A model generated the notes under the pieces. That model made no database searches and was not told the DNA's origin. It saw nothing but the letters and a program-made list of their open reading frames with translations. A stretch of 64,000 nt of DNA from Lama guanicoe (lineage: Eukaryota), in assembly GCA_013239625.1 (NCBI GenBank), contig MU055753.1:2224702-2288701 (forward strand). Reading direction: 5' to 3'. The position numbers and the translations under genes are program-made. The stretch's first letter is position 1. Every line of letters begins with the position of its first letter. Positions 26,401 through 39,000 of this stretch are shown in pieces.

Positions 26401-29269
26401 GGAGATATCCCTGAGGCCATCCACCTATGATAGCCACAAGGGGCAGCGTGGGGCCTGGACATGACAGTAGGCCTGGAGTGGGATGCATTCTGAGACAGAG
26501 GATGAACTGCCTCTTGTTATGCTGGGACCCTTCTCTCAAGTCCAAGTCAAGTCTGACTTCCTAATGAGAGGCTCAGTCCTCCCATCCATCCTGGGGGAGA
26601 AGCCAGGGAAATACTCAACCCCACCCCTAAGAATCTGCCGGAGGCCTGGGAGACACAGCTTCAAGACTGTCTGGAACCCTGGGCTCAGGATGCTCACCTC
26701 CGCACCAGAGGCCTCAGCGGTAGGATGATTCCCAATTCTGTGGATGGCTGGTGGTGTTGGTGTCACCGACTGGGGTGGCCACAGTCACTAATCCCCCACA
26801 TTTCCTTACTTTGCTGCCCTGCTTTTTCCTTACTTCACCCCCAACTCCCACCTCTTTTCTTGCTCTGGAACTTGTTTGTGACAAAGAACACCCCCCGCCC
26901 CTCATTCGCTCCCTGAATGCACCCTTCCTCCAGGACAGAAAGCAATGTGCTCTCCCCATCACCCTCCTGCTAGGGTCTCTCCCAGGCCCCCACCCCTATT
27001 CCAGCTCTTGGCCTCCTTCTCTTAGCTGCCCTCTGTGCAGGGCATTCCAGCGTCAAGTAGGCAGACCAGGCTCAAAGCTCTCCAACTTTAGAAGCCTTTA
27101 CATCTCTAATGCTTTATCTACACCCCATCATCCCAGGAAACTGCTCTACGCTGAGGACACACAAACACCTCACTGTCTCACAGTTGTCCTGGAGCCATTC
27201 ACTGCCCTCCTCCCACCTGCTGTGATGCCACCTCCCCTCACCTACCAGCCCTTCATGGCTTTACTTGTCTGCTCAGCCTGGATCCATCCCTCCAAGCCTC
27301 AGCTCCCATCTCTCCTGTGCTCCTGTATCAGCTATCAGGCAAAACCCCCACAAGAAGCCAGTCTAACAGCGTGCTTCTCCACTCTTGCACACCAACTGCA
27401 AAGGGGAAAAAATCAGACTGCCCTGCTTGCAGCCCTCAGAGCCACCTGGCAGCCCTTCTCTCACGTCTCACCAGCACCCTCTCTGGTTCCCCGCACTAGC
27501 TTACTGCTTCACGCCTCTCACTGTCCTCCAGAAACAGGTGTCAGGAAAGAGCCTCCTCTTCTCTCAGACCCTGGCCCTCAGTTTGCATTCCCCTACCCTT
27601 GATCCTGGATCTCAGCTCCTGGGGACCTGAACTCTCCTGCATCTCTAGTGCACCCTCTCTGCCATTACAGACAGGCCCCCAAACCCCCAAACACAGCACC
27701 CGATACTCCACTCCAGCTTAGTCTCTCCTTTCCTTCCCAGTCAAGCTTCTGGTGAGAGCAGGCTGTATCCATCTCCTCCCTCACCACCCGGCTGCCAGAC
27801 CTGATACCTCTGAGCCCTTACCTCCCTGGAGCGCCCAGTGCTGACCCCACTGTTCTCAGCTCTCCTCTCCCTGGGCCTCCTGAAGCCCCTCCCTCATATA
27901 TGTCTGTTTACCTCTCCTGCTGCTGATGCTCTTGTCCCTCAAATGTCCCTTTTGTGCAGTCCCTCCTCTTCTCAGCCTAGATTTCTCTTGTGAACTCAAG
28001 TCCCATACCTCCAATTGCTTTCCTTAAGTCTTCCAACCTTCACATACTCCCTGTGACACCAATGCAACTCAGCTCTGACTCTCAACTTGCTCTGCCCCAC
28101 TCTACCTGAAGCCCTTTCCTGCCCCTGACCCCCCTTCAGGATCTGGCCCTACCTGCCCTCCAGTGGCAGTGTCAGGAACCTTGACAGTGGAAAGTAAGAA
28201 AGGCAGAACGCACCTGTTCTCCTTTCTCCCCTCAGGCCAATTGGCTTCAAGCCTTGGCCCAAATGCCCTCTCCTTCACCAGCCCTTCCAGCCCTTCCGAT
28301 ATCCCAGGCAGGGCTGAGGTTGGCATCCCTGCACACCACCTCTCCTCATTCAAATTGGTTTCAACTTGGCACACTGTGGTGATGGTCTGCAATGAGTCCA
28401 GCTGTTCTACTGTACTGTGGCTTTTGAGCCCTGGTGTCTCACACCAGGAAGGTGGAAATGAAAGAACGAAACAGATGGAGACTCAGGAAAATCCCAAGCC
28501 ACCCAGGCCCAAGAGAAAAATTTAATTCTAAATAATAACAACAGGGAATATTCGCCAAGTTGTTCTAGGGGTGTGATCTTCCCAGCAGACATCTTCACAC
28601 GATGAGAAGGCAGAGCAAAGGGATTTTTCAAATACTGCTGGTGACTGGCATTCCAACAGTGACTACCAGGCTGCCAGAGAACGGGGAATTTGATAGTAGG
28701 CCCTTTGCTGATGGCACACAATGGAGGGCACGTGCCAGGTATAAAGGGGTGGAACTATTAAGGAGGTGTTAGTCACAGCACCTCAGGCCAGTTGGTTGGC
28801 CAACTGCTGCCACTGGCCACAAGTTCAAATGCAGGTTTTACCAGGGCACCTGAGCCTATGGGTGGGACCTGAGCAGGGCAGATTCCTAACCTTATCAGCC
28901 ATTCAAAAAGGTTCCCTGAGTCCCATTCTTGGGCAGAAAACCTTTTTCCCAGCCAGGTCTGGTCTACCCATAGGCAGGGGCTGGGGTTGGAATGGGGCTC
29001 TGCTAACCTGGGGTATTTATCTTCTGAGCTCAGCAGTAAGTCTGGGGAAACCACCACAAAGGGCACAGGAGAAATCAGCTAGCTGCATGGAATGAGAAGC
29101 AGAGGAAGAGAACCCAGCTGTCGGAAGCTAGAATCTTGACTGGTCTGAATTCCAAGCAAAGTGCCTGTGACAGGTGTGCCTTGGAAGGCCGGGCACATAG
29201 CAGGCTCTAGTCAGGTATCTTCAGACCTGACAACAGAGCTGGGGTGGGAGGGAATCTTTCAGGTTTAAT

Positions 29270-29620
29270 CATTTTAATTGGCATTTGATACACTTCCTGA
29301 ATGCCAGTGCATCAAGTGCTGGAATACAAAGATGTAAAGCCTAGCCCTAGCTCTCAATGAGCTTCTGGATGTGGGGACACGGGTGTACTGACCATGCCAA
29401 CTCAGATGCAGATGCTATGAGAGAAAAGCACAGGGTGTCGGGTGCCCAGCCTGTGAGGAAAGAGGGGCCTGGAAAGCCTCCCTAAGCCAGCACCTGCCTC
29501 AGTTAGATCCTGAACACTGAGAAGGCCTTTGCCTAGGAAGCAGCAGAAACAGCGTGGGCACAGGACAGGTCTTGGAGAGCACGGCCACTTGGGGCTGGGG
29601 AGCCCTTCAGCTCTTTAAGC
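29270..29620 (-). mobile_element. L2 fragment
   Basis: gtgctggaatacaaagatgtaaag..ccctagctctcaatgagctt pattern. Confidence 0.45.
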
Positions 29621-31469
29621 AGACAGGCCGGTGCGGGTCATTCATGGTGCAGAGTCAAAGGCAGCTCTACAGTCCAGCTTCATGGGCTCCAAGAAGCCAA
29701 AGGGTCCAAGACAGAGTCCTGGGGTTCACGGGGCCACTGAGGAAGGAGAATGCTCTTGTGGGCTGGGAGGTGGGGAGGGGACAGTCCAGGAAGGCAGGGA
29801 AAGAAATCAGAGGCAGGTGGAGTTAATGTATACATGGGATCTTTCTAAGGCCCACAGGTTAACCAAGTTATGAAGGCTGGAACAATCCTTGAGGAAAAAG
29901 GAATTACAGAAGATTATCAGGGAGTGATGGCAAACTGACACAAGGAAAGGCTGAAGGGGCAGAAACCAGGGAAACTTTTGGTGGGGACACAGGTAATGAA
30001 TACATTTAGCACACTACACAGCAGAAGAGCTTTTATTGGTAACAGAATCACCTATAGGTAAACAACAACCCTTAGTCTGTGTGGTATCCAATTAAAATTG
30101 TGTAACAATTAGGCAAACACACAGTTTCAGATTATGGGAAACAGGCCAAGCCACGTGTAGTGCCTTCTCAATCACCTGTAAAGGGAGAGCGCAGTCTGGG
30201 CGGGACGGAGGGAGAAACCTCAATGGCTCACATGTGACCCCTGCCAGCAGAGCCCTGGGCAATACCTGGCTGAGACAGATAAGGTCCCATGGCCAGGTGG
30301 GGGAATTTAACTGCACAAGACAGAAGGAGATCCTGTCTCACATGCTCCAAGTGAGTAGGTTCCATAAGAGACAAAGGTAACTGCTAACAAACAGCACTTA
30401 TCCAGAGGTTGGCACAGGCCTGCAGGGCCATGCACTGCCTTGTGGGCAGAGACTCCTTTTGCAACATGAGCCTTTCCTCAGCCTCTCCTGTGTGCCCCTC
30501 ACTGTGGGAGAAAGACTGGGGAGGGGGCACTACGCTCCTGGCCTCTGTATCCCCAAGAATTTTTCCCACCTGCTGCTAATGCTGATCTATTACACAGAAA
30601 CTGGAGTCCTGGAAGGAGAGCAAGAGGACCCAGAGAACTCTGCAACCTCGGATCTGTCTCTATGTCTCAGAAGGTTTTATTTCGGAGATCTAATTGCGAG
30701 AAAGGTCTGAGAGCACCAACCCTCTGTCTGGAGGGGAAGGTGGTCCTTTGAGATGAGTGACAATCTGGAAGCTTCCCAAAAGGCAAATAAACATACAAGA
30801 CAGGAAGGCCTCTGGAATCAATTGTGTGATTTTGTAACTTTAGTATTTTCCATTTTGCTGTTTAACCAACAAACTAGGGCTCTGTGACAGAAATGAAAAA
30901 CCCACTATTCTGCCTCCATGTTCCACAAAGGCAAGAGCTTATTAATCAGTTTTGTTACTTTATTTCCTCTGTGTTTTACAGACATAAAACATTAGGTACC
31001 TCTAGGGTTCGGTATTCTTTTCCTCATTCCGTACACTCTCCCACTCTACTCTCTGGCTTCAGTGCCACACAGGAACAAGTGCCCAGAATGCTTTTGAACC
31101 CCGTTTGCTCTCCTTGGCTCCAGATCAACATATACCCAGGAAGTCTTATCCACCCTCAGCTCAACATCCCTGTATTCAAAGTCATCATCCATTCCCAGGC
31201 CTGCTCCCTTCCTGCATATTGTGTGTGGCATGGCCCTACCAGCTGCCAGTAAGCCAGTCTTGGAGTGTTCTCTAAGTCCTCCTTTATCCCTAGCCCTTCC
31301 CATCCCCACAGCCAATTGTCTCCTGGTCTTGCTCTCTTTTTGATCCCCACTGCTCTTCCTCGGTACTGGGCTTTTTGTCTTGGTAGGTGTGTTACAGTGT
31401 CCCGTTAGGCACCCTTTACCCAGGGCAGCCCTTCAGCAGCCCATTCTGGCCACAACTGCGTGGTCACCC

Positions 31470-31980
31470 ATGAGAGCACAATCTAACCAGTCACTCACAA
31501 ACCCAAGATCCTTTGTGGGCCCACCACAGCTATCAGGGTAAAATTTAAGTTCAGGCCTGGTACTCAAAGCCTTCCTGATCTGCCGCCAGCCTAGCTCCTT
31601 AACTTCATCTCCCTCTCTTCACCCCAACCACTGGAGCTATCCTCTGCCCTTCTCCCAGCAGCCCGTGGGAGGGTGTGCCCCATACTTCACACACTGTCCC
31701 TTTGCCTGGAAGTCTCCCTCACATGGTCTTGCCACTCCCGTTCAATCTTCAAAATTTAACTCAAGCCCTTCTCAGGAGCCCCCACTAGAGGCCAGCTGGA
31801 TTCTACTCCTCTGAGCTCATGTCAAGCTCTGTCCATTTCTACAGGTGCACCTACCACAGTGAAGTTCATGGGCCCATCTCCCCACCGCACAGTAAGCTCC
31901 TCAAGGGCAGAGGTGCACTCAGTTTTGTAGCCACAGAACACAGGGCATCGTGTGAAGTATGATTTGGATAAATGTATATT
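31470..31980 (+). mobile_element. Degenerate L2 fragment
   Basis: ccctttgcctggaa...gtaagctcctcaagggcagag pattern. Confidence 0.45.
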
Positions 31981-33399
31981 GAGAGAATAATGAAACTCAA
32001 CAAATCATGAATTCAAGTTGATTACTGGTCTTATAAGGTGGTGTTTCTTTGATGTTATCTGCATTTGGAAAGTGACACTTGAAACAGCCACTGAAACTGC
32101 TGCTTCGAGTTGAAAAGGGCATCTTTCTTCCCTGTACAGAGTTGTCACAACAGAGAAGGTATGCTCAAACAGGTCAAACTCTGAACAGGGTAAATGTTAA
32201 GTGCTTTTTTATAACCTGCTTCATTGTCCTTCTTCACTTTAAACCAGAAACCATCTAAAAGCAAACACTTAAACATATTTTCTGAGGTTGGCTCAGACGG
32301 TAATGAGAATTAGGAGCAATACAGTGTGCCCAAGGTCACCTGGCCTGCTGGACAGTCCTGGCAGCTGTGGTCAGTGGTAGCTAGTGGGGCCCACCTGCAG
32401 GGGAACTTGCAAATTCAGGGGGTGAATTTTGTTATTGTTATGAAAAGCCTGCCTAGATTACTAGATTACCTCTGTATCCTCTGAAGGTCATCCTTCACCC
32501 CGACAAAAAACCACTGCACCATGGTTCATTTCAACAACCATTCAGGGAGAACCTCTGGCCTATTCCCTGCCAGGCAAAGACGAATGAGACATGGTCTGCT
32601 TCTAAACAGACTACTCGTAACTAGATAAGTGCTTCACCTACAGCTTTATCTGAGGGCTGAGAAGATTAGATGAGGACCAACCTTCAGCATAAAAGGAAGT
32701 GCATGTGGGAGTAGTACCACCGGCCAGAAATGGTAACTGTAAAACCTTTGAGGGATTTTTTGATCTTTTCTTACCTGAGTTTGTTTCTCCCAGCCTGTAT
32801 CCTTTAAAAAGAAAAGAACCTGCACACTTCTTAAGGCCATTAAGTCAATATTTCAAGGTGGCTACTATGTGCTAGGGCAAGAAAGTGAAGATGGAACCCT
32901 TGCCCTCAAGTAAGGTAAACAGCTACATCTGCCAAATAATAGACAGTTTTTTGCCCATTTTTGCCCCCTGCAATTGCCTGGAAGTCACAGCAAACATACA
33001 CAGAAATAAGAAAAACCACCTTCCAGGGCTTCTGTTGGCTCTGGAAAGGCAGACAGACTCCTGACAGGAATAAACAGCTGGGGAAAAACCTCAACACCAA
33101 TATCACAACCACAAGCACTTGGGCCCCCAGGCCTGCATTTCAGGCACACTGCTAACCTAACAGCCTGCGCCTCCGCACAGCCCAGGTGGTCCTTAGACAA
33201 CCTCCAGCCAATCCAGAAGACCGACTGCTCATTTATATCTGTCCCGAGTGAGGTCACCAGGCTATTAGCACCCTTGCCCAGGGAGGACCTTGACCGGACG
33301 CAGCCCCTCCCCAACCTCCAGCTATGCTTACTCAAGGCTCAGAAAGCACCGTGCCAGGGGCCCTGTGGAAATGCATCTGTCTCCCCGGCACAGCCTGGA

Positions 33400-34560
33400 G
33401 GACAACTGCCGCCTGGCACAGCGACCACCCAAGGCGGCACCCGCCAGACGGAGCTCAGAGGCTGGGTAGATACCTAGGTGGCAGGTGGGCGGGCGTGTCA
33501 TCTCGGGGCTAGCGGAGGGCTGCGACTGGAGCAGCTGCACGTCTTTAAAGGCAGAACGTTATCTGAGAATCTGTTGCAATTTCGAGTCCAGAAGAGGATT
33601 TCCTACCCCGCAGAGGCGGAAAGCGCCCCGAGGAAGGAGTGACACAGACAGCTCTTTCCGACAGCCGCCTCGCCCTGAGCCGGCCGGGGCGCGGACAGCG
33701 CCTGGCGAGGGGCGCGGGCTCTGCCCTTGGGGTGGGTGTCCCGCAGCGCCGAGGCAGGCTTCGGCCCCATCTCACGCCCCGCCTGGCGCTCGGTCCTCGG
33801 GGCGGGCTGGCAGTATCAGGCGGGGGGCGGCAGGTAGTGCCAGGCGGACGGCCGCGGGCCCCGGGCGCGCGGGCTCTGAACCCCCGACCAGCGCCACGGC
33901 CGGCCCCCGCGCCCCGCCTCGGACCGAGGCCCCGCAGCCAGGCCCCCACGCCCCCTCTGTCAGCACGCCCCGGCTGCAGTGACAGCTGGCCACCCTGTCC
34001 TGCAGCCCCCGCGGTCCCCGCGCCGGGCCGTCAATCTCCTGCCCACCCGGCCGTGCACCTACCTCCTCCCGCGGCGCGGGCCGCGAACCCACCTCCGCCG
34101 GCCACACCGCTTTCTCCTCAGCTAGCCGAGAGACAGGGAGCCGGCCTTTCTGCGCACGCGCGCGCGCGGCCCCGCCCCCGCCGAGACTCTCCGCCAGCTG
34201 CCCACCCGGGGCGCCCGCGGGTCTCGGTCGCAGTGGACCTGGGCATGCGCACAGACGCCGGGCGGAGAGGCGGCGGAGCATGCGCGGGCTCAGCAAGGGC
34301 CCGGGTGCGAGGGGAGGGGGCGCGAGTGAGTCGGGGGGGTGCTGCGGGGGCCTACCCTCCAGCAAGACCTGGGGCATCGGGAGTCCGGAGGGGTGCCCGC
34401 CCGAGTCGCTGCCGCGCCGGGTCACGCGTAGACCTGGGAACGCGCGTCCGTGTGGGCACGACGTCCGGTCCCAAGCGGGCGGAGAAGGGGAGCAGGGGTC
34501 CTCCGGGCGGGACTTGAGCGGTGGAGCCCTCAGGCACAGGCCAAGAGAGACGGCCAGACG
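33400..34560. promoter_or_regulatory. CpG island / promoter of TBC1D24
   Basis: CpG-dense; NRF1-like GCATGCGC near 34243 and 34278, TGCGCACGCGC at 34151; GC boxes. Confidence 0.85.
34063..34200 (-). other. TBC1D24: Probable non-coding exon 1 of TBC1D24 (5' boundary approximate)
   Basis: Strong donor GAG|gtaggt at 34062 inside the CpG island. Confidence 0.6.
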
Positions 34561-35408
34561 GAGACAAGAGACAGGGACACCACAGGCCAAGAAAGAGGCC
34601 GAACACAGGCAAAGACACAGCAGGGACAGGGACACGGACGCCCAACATGGCAGACAGAGGTGACAGGAGGGACAGACGAGGACCAGAGGCCGCCGTCCTC
34701 GTTGGGGGAGGAGTCACAGCGCCCTCTGCAGGTCTTGACAGGGGGCGGGGGAGCCCGTGTCATGGAGCCCCATGGGGGTCCAAAAACGTCTATGGTGGGT
34801 GGCCGCGGTGCTTCCTGGGGAGTCAGAGCGCTCTCTGGCGGATCACAGAGTCCGTGGGGAGGGTGGAGTCACAGCGGCTCTTGGGGGTGTTCTCAGACTT
34901 CTATAGGTCCTGGCGTCACAATGGGATTCATAACTGTTTAGGGAAAAGGGGGTCACTTCCTTTTGGGAAAGTGGGAACGCTCAGGGACTACGACATCACG
35001 GGGGAGGTGTCACCTCCTTGGGGTGTTCGCAGAGCCTCTAACCGTTCGGCTGTGAAAGCCCTCTAGGATCACGGTGCCCTCTTGCAGGGGAGCAGATAGC
35101 TCCAAGGTGGGGGACCAAGGAGTACTCTGGAATGACATCTGCCAAGGGGGGCCTCGAAACAACTCTTTGGGGCTATTACATCCCTCTGGGTTGGGGCGGA
35201 GGTTTCGTTGTGTCTGTTACACCCCTCCTGGGCAGGAGCTCGAGGCACTGAGGGAGGCGCGGGGCAGGGTCGGGCGAGGGCCCAGATGGCGACGCGCGCG
35301 ACGTGAGCAAAGACTCCTCAGCAGGCTGATGCACTGGATGAACGTGCGCCTTGATGTATGGGAAGGGCCCCGCCTGGCCCCCGCCTGGTCCCCGCCCGGC
35401 CTGCGGGC

Positions 35409-35758
35409 TCAGGCCGCCCCGCAGCGCCCCCGCCGCTCGCGCCGCTGCAGCCTCCGAAGGCGCCTCGTCCACGCATCCCGCCAGGGCAGCACGAGGCTCC
35501 CGCGGGCGGCGCTGAGCCCGGGGCCCCGGCCCCCGGGGCCCCCGACCGCGGCCCCGGGCCCGCCCCCCAGCAGCAGGTAGCGGCGGCCGGGCAGTAAGCG
35601 CGGGCAGCCGCAGGCGGCGTCCCGCGCCGGCACCCACAGCGCGCTGCTCCCGCGCCGCGCGCGCTCCTCGCCGCTCCGGAACACGGCAAGCACGGCCACC
35701 GGGAAGCGCGTCCAGGAGCCGCGCGCCTCGCCGCGCGCGCCCACTGCCACCTGCACCG
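35409..35758 (-). CDS. NTN3: Netrin-3 exon 6 (NTR/C345C domain and stop)
   Basis: cgcag|CG; [19 protein letters not shown]...[16 protein letters not shown]...RRGRCGAA*; 350 nt. Confidence 0.95.
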
Positions 35759-36055
35759 CTGCGAGGGGGGCGAGAGGAGGCAGGTTCAGGCGGGGCGGGG
35801 CCCGGAGGGGGCGGGCCGCGCAGAGGAGAACCCGGCGGCCGCGGGGGTGGGAGGGGCGCGGAGGAGGAACCCACAGGGGACACGTAGCATCGCGAGCACA
35901 CGGAGGCCACGGGGGGCTGACACGGCGGTGACAGGGACAGCGGAGGACCAGAGGGGTGTGGTATGGCCTTGGGGTCCAGCTAGGGTCAGGGTATCCAGAG
36001 GGAAAGTGAGGGCAAGGTGAGGAGGTCGAGGGCAGGAGGCCTCAGGGCAGCCTAC

Positions 36056-36130
36056 CGTAGTCCTTCCTGCAGAACTTCTTCAGGCTGATGCGGTAGCTGC
36101 CACGGGCGGGTTTGCAGTGCAAGTCGCAGT
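36056..36130 (-). CDS. NTN3: Netrin-3 exon 5
   Basis: [25 protein letters not shown]; 75 nt; AG/GT flanks. Confidence 0.95.
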
Positions 36131-36257
36131 CTGGGAGGAGGGCGCAGGAGGAGGTTGGCACAGATCCCCACCTCCTTCCCCCATCCTTTCCTCTTCCCTT
36201 CCTTGAACCCATTACCCCCTCCCCCTATGGACATGGTGGTCTGGGATCTCCACTCAC

Positions 36258-36308
36258 CCTGGGGGTCCACAGGGCTGCTCTCCTCAGTGGGTCCAGGGAC
36301 AGGGGTCT
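36258..36308 (-). CDS. NTN3: Netrin-3 exon 4 (linker)
   Basis: KTPVPGPTEESSPVDPQ; ttccag| and |gtgagt; 51 nt. Confidence 0.92.
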
Positions 36309-36336
36309 CTGGAAAGTATGGGATAATGGCCTGCGT

Positions 36337-36414
36337 TTGAGGGGGGCAGGGGACTCTGCAGGGCTCAGGAGACAGTTGAGGGGGGCAGGGGGATGTGCAG
36401 GGCTCAGGGAACAG
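36337..36414. repeat. Two tandem ~39-bp G-rich units in NTN3 intron 3
   Basis: ttgaggggggcagggg....tgcagggctcagg..acag occurs twice. Confidence 0.75.
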
Positions 36415-36479
36415 GTAGGCAGCAGAGAAAGCTGGGGTGACCTCGTCTGAGGTGGTCTAAGCAGGGCGGCGTCACTCAC

Positions 36480-36629
36480 TAACGCAGGGTGCTACTGGAG
36501 AGCGGCTCTGCTGGAAGCCAGGGGCACAGCGGTTGCAGGTGAGGCCAGTGACGCCATCCTTGCAGGGACACTGGCCTGTGGTCTGGTTGCAGGTTTTGCC
36601 AGCAGCACCAACAGGGTGACAGTCACAGG
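36480..36629 (-). CDS. NTN3: Netrin-3 exon 3 (laminin EGF 3)
   Basis: [50 protein letters not shown]; 150 nt. Confidence 0.96.
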
Positions 36630-36715
36630 CTAAGGACAGAAGTGGGATGGTCAGAAGCCCATCTAGGGATGTGGGAAACCAGAGGGTGAGGGTGTATAGG
36701 TGGCAGGTGGCTCAC

Positions 36716-36904
36716 CCCTGCAAGCTCGGCGGTCACTCAGGGCACGGCCCAGGTCTCTATAGAAGCCCTCCCGGCAGTAGTGGCAGTGCCGGCCAGCAGT
36801 ATTGTGCCGGCAGTTGAGGCAGACACCGCCACTGCGGCGGCCAGACAGTCGGTACAGCTCCATGTTGAAGCGGCAGCGGCGGGCATGGCCATTGCAGGAG
36901 CAAG
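36716..36904 (-). CDS. NTN3: Netrin-3 exon 2 (laminin EGF 2)
   Basis: [44 protein letters not shown]...ACR; 189 nt. Confidence 0.96.
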
Positions 36905-36975
36905 CTGCAGGGAAGGATGGGTCAGGGATAGGCTCGCCTGGTCTAAGATCCCCAGGCGACCCTCCAGGGCCTCAC

Positions 36976-37903
36976 CAAGGCAGGCGTGGGCTTCCCGGGC
37001 AGTGGCCCGCTGCCATGGCCTGTCGCAGTAGAAGGGCTTGCAGCGGCTGCAGTCCGGGCCCTCGGTGCCATGCCGGCAGTCGCAGATCAGATGGCCCTGG
37101 GGGTCCAGCAGGCACCTGGAGGCATGCCCATTGCACTTACAGCGCCCACCCACCTGGAGCTCAGTGGCAGAGTAGGAGTAAGGGACCATGGCTGTGGAGT
37201 CTCTGGTGTCCCCCAGCATGGTAGGCCTTGTGAGCACTATTTGAATGTCTGTGGCGGTCACCCAGTCTTGGAGCACTGGGCTGCTGTCCAGATCCAGGCC
37301 TGGCGGGCTGCCATCCTGCACGCTGAAGGCCAGAAGGCCACCACCGTCAGGCTGGGCCTGGGGCTCAGGGAAGCACAGGGCTTCAGGCCCCGGGCCAGCT
37401 GGGCCATTAGCAGGGGCAGGCAGGCGGCCGTAATCCAGGCCACAGCAGGAGGAGAAGAAGCCCAGTGGAGCCCAGCTTCGGCCATGGTCCTGAGACTTGA
37501 GCAGGGCCACGGAGGTTGGGGGTGGCGAGCAGAAGCGCAAGCTCACGAACACCAGCTCAAAAGCCTTGCCCAGGGGCACTGTGAGGGTCACGTTGAGGGG
37601 CACCTGCGTTAGCGAGTCCGAACGCCAGCATAGAGGGCTTGTGGTGCCCCCTGCGGAGGTTAGGAGGCTGGCAGGGTGTGCCCGCCGCGGATCGGAGGCG
37701 TCGCAGGCCCGCGTGGCCGGCCGCCCGCACGTGCTGGACGCCTGCACCTCGCGGCCCAAGGCCGCGTTCACCAGGCCGGGCACGCAGCCGCGGGGCGCGC
37801 CCCCCTCGTCATGGCAGGGGTCGGCGGGCGCCGGTGGCCCCGGGCTCAGGGCGGCCAAAAGCGTGCCCGCGGTCAGCAGCAGCCCCCAGGGCCAGCCGGG
37901 CAT
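36976..37903 (-). CDS. NTN3: Netrin-3 exon 1 (signal peptide, laminin N-terminal domain, LE1)
   Basis: [15 protein letters not shown]...[13 protein letters not shown]...HACL; donor G|gtgagg; 928 nt; six exons total 1743 nt = 580 aa. Confidence 0.97.
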
Positions 37904-38560
37904 GGCCGGAGCCGCCGTGGGTCAGCCAGCCAGCCGGGGTCCCACGCCACTGCCCTCGGGAGAGAGAGCCCGCTCCGAGGCTCTGCCTGCTGGTCCTCAA
38001 TGCGGAGCAACCAGAGCCCCCAAGCGGCCCTAGCCGGGGCCCAGAGGTGGGAGCAGCTGCGGGCACGCCCTGGCCGAGCGGAGCAGCGGGGATGTCGGTG
38101 AGTCCCCCCGCTGGGCCTGGAGCAATGACAGGCGTCGCCCCCGCTCTCGGTGCCTCCGCCTGCAGAGGCCCCACCCGCCACCCGCCGCTCGCACTCACCC
38201 ACCGAGGGCCGGGTAGAGCAGGTCTCCCAGCCTCCTGGGAAGGGCCAAGGGCAGGCGGGGCCTGGGGCGCCCCGGCCGCCGCCTCCTCCTGGCTGCAGCG
38301 AGGGCGGGCGAGCTGTGCCAGAAGGGGGTGGGGGGCGCAGCAGGCGCACGCCTGGGCCCAGCCGGGGGCGGGGCTGCTCGGGCCGTGAAGGAGGGAGGGG
38401 AAGGGAGGGGAGGGGGCCTCGTCGGCAGAGCCGGAATCAGAAGCAGATTCAGACACTGGCTGGGCCAGCGGGGGAGGGGGCTGGGAGGCCCTGGAGTCGG
38501 GGGAGGGGCTGGGGAGCCAGGAATGTGCTGGCGGGAGGGGTTGGAGGGGTGGCTCAGCCA
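37600..38560. promoter_or_regulatory. CpG island / GC-rich promoter of NTN3
   Basis: CpG-dense around and upstream of the ATG; GC boxes and G-runs at 38390-38550. Confidence 0.7.
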
Positions 38561-38799
38561 CGCAGCCCATGGGGGACCACCCAGTCGGCCCCCGGCCTAC
38601 AGCCAGGCTTTGACTGCTCCTGGGGTTGTGCCACGTGCTGGGCGGGGGTCTGGCTGCCTCCTCCCTCAGGCAGGCTGGGCCCTGCATCTGAAGACTGGGG
38701 CCCAGATGCTCCCCCCTCCCCCATCCCTACAGGGCACATTCAGGGCAAAGGAGGACAATCCCGGCTGGTGGTTTTGGGGTATCCCCAAGGCAGCAGTCT

Positions 38800-39000
38800 G
38801 CTCTAGTAGAAAGAACCCAGGATTGGGGCCAGGTCTGATTTTGAATCCAAGCTGCTCCAATTTCTAGTTGTGTGTGGTTTAGATTCCTTAACTTGCCCAA
38901 GCCTCAGTTTCCTCATCAGCCAGATGCCTGTAATTCAACTTTGCCAAGCTGTTGGGATATCATGAGCTACATAGGTATCAGATGTACCCAGGGAGCTCAC
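38800..39000 (+). mobile_element. MIR SINE
   Basis: ttgaatccaagctgctcc...ttaacttgcccaagcctcagtttcctcatc. Confidence 0.65.

Noticed and set aside
26751-27602. 283-aa plus-strand ORF in TBC1D24 intron 1
   Set aside because: Non-ATG start, Pro/Leu/Ser bias from pyrimidine-rich, partly repeat-like DNA, and no domain
33693-33702. REST/NRSE right half-sites (also near 1971 and 17790)
   Set aside because: The left half TTCAGCACC is absent
33485-35910. Many overlapping 120-290 aa ORFs in the TBC1D24/NTN3 CpG islands
   Set aside because: Stop-codon depletion in very GC-rich DNA; only NTN3 exon 6 is a recognisable protein
37809-38867. Long ORFs upstream of NTN3
   Set aside because: GC-rich promoter artefacts, out of frame with NTN3
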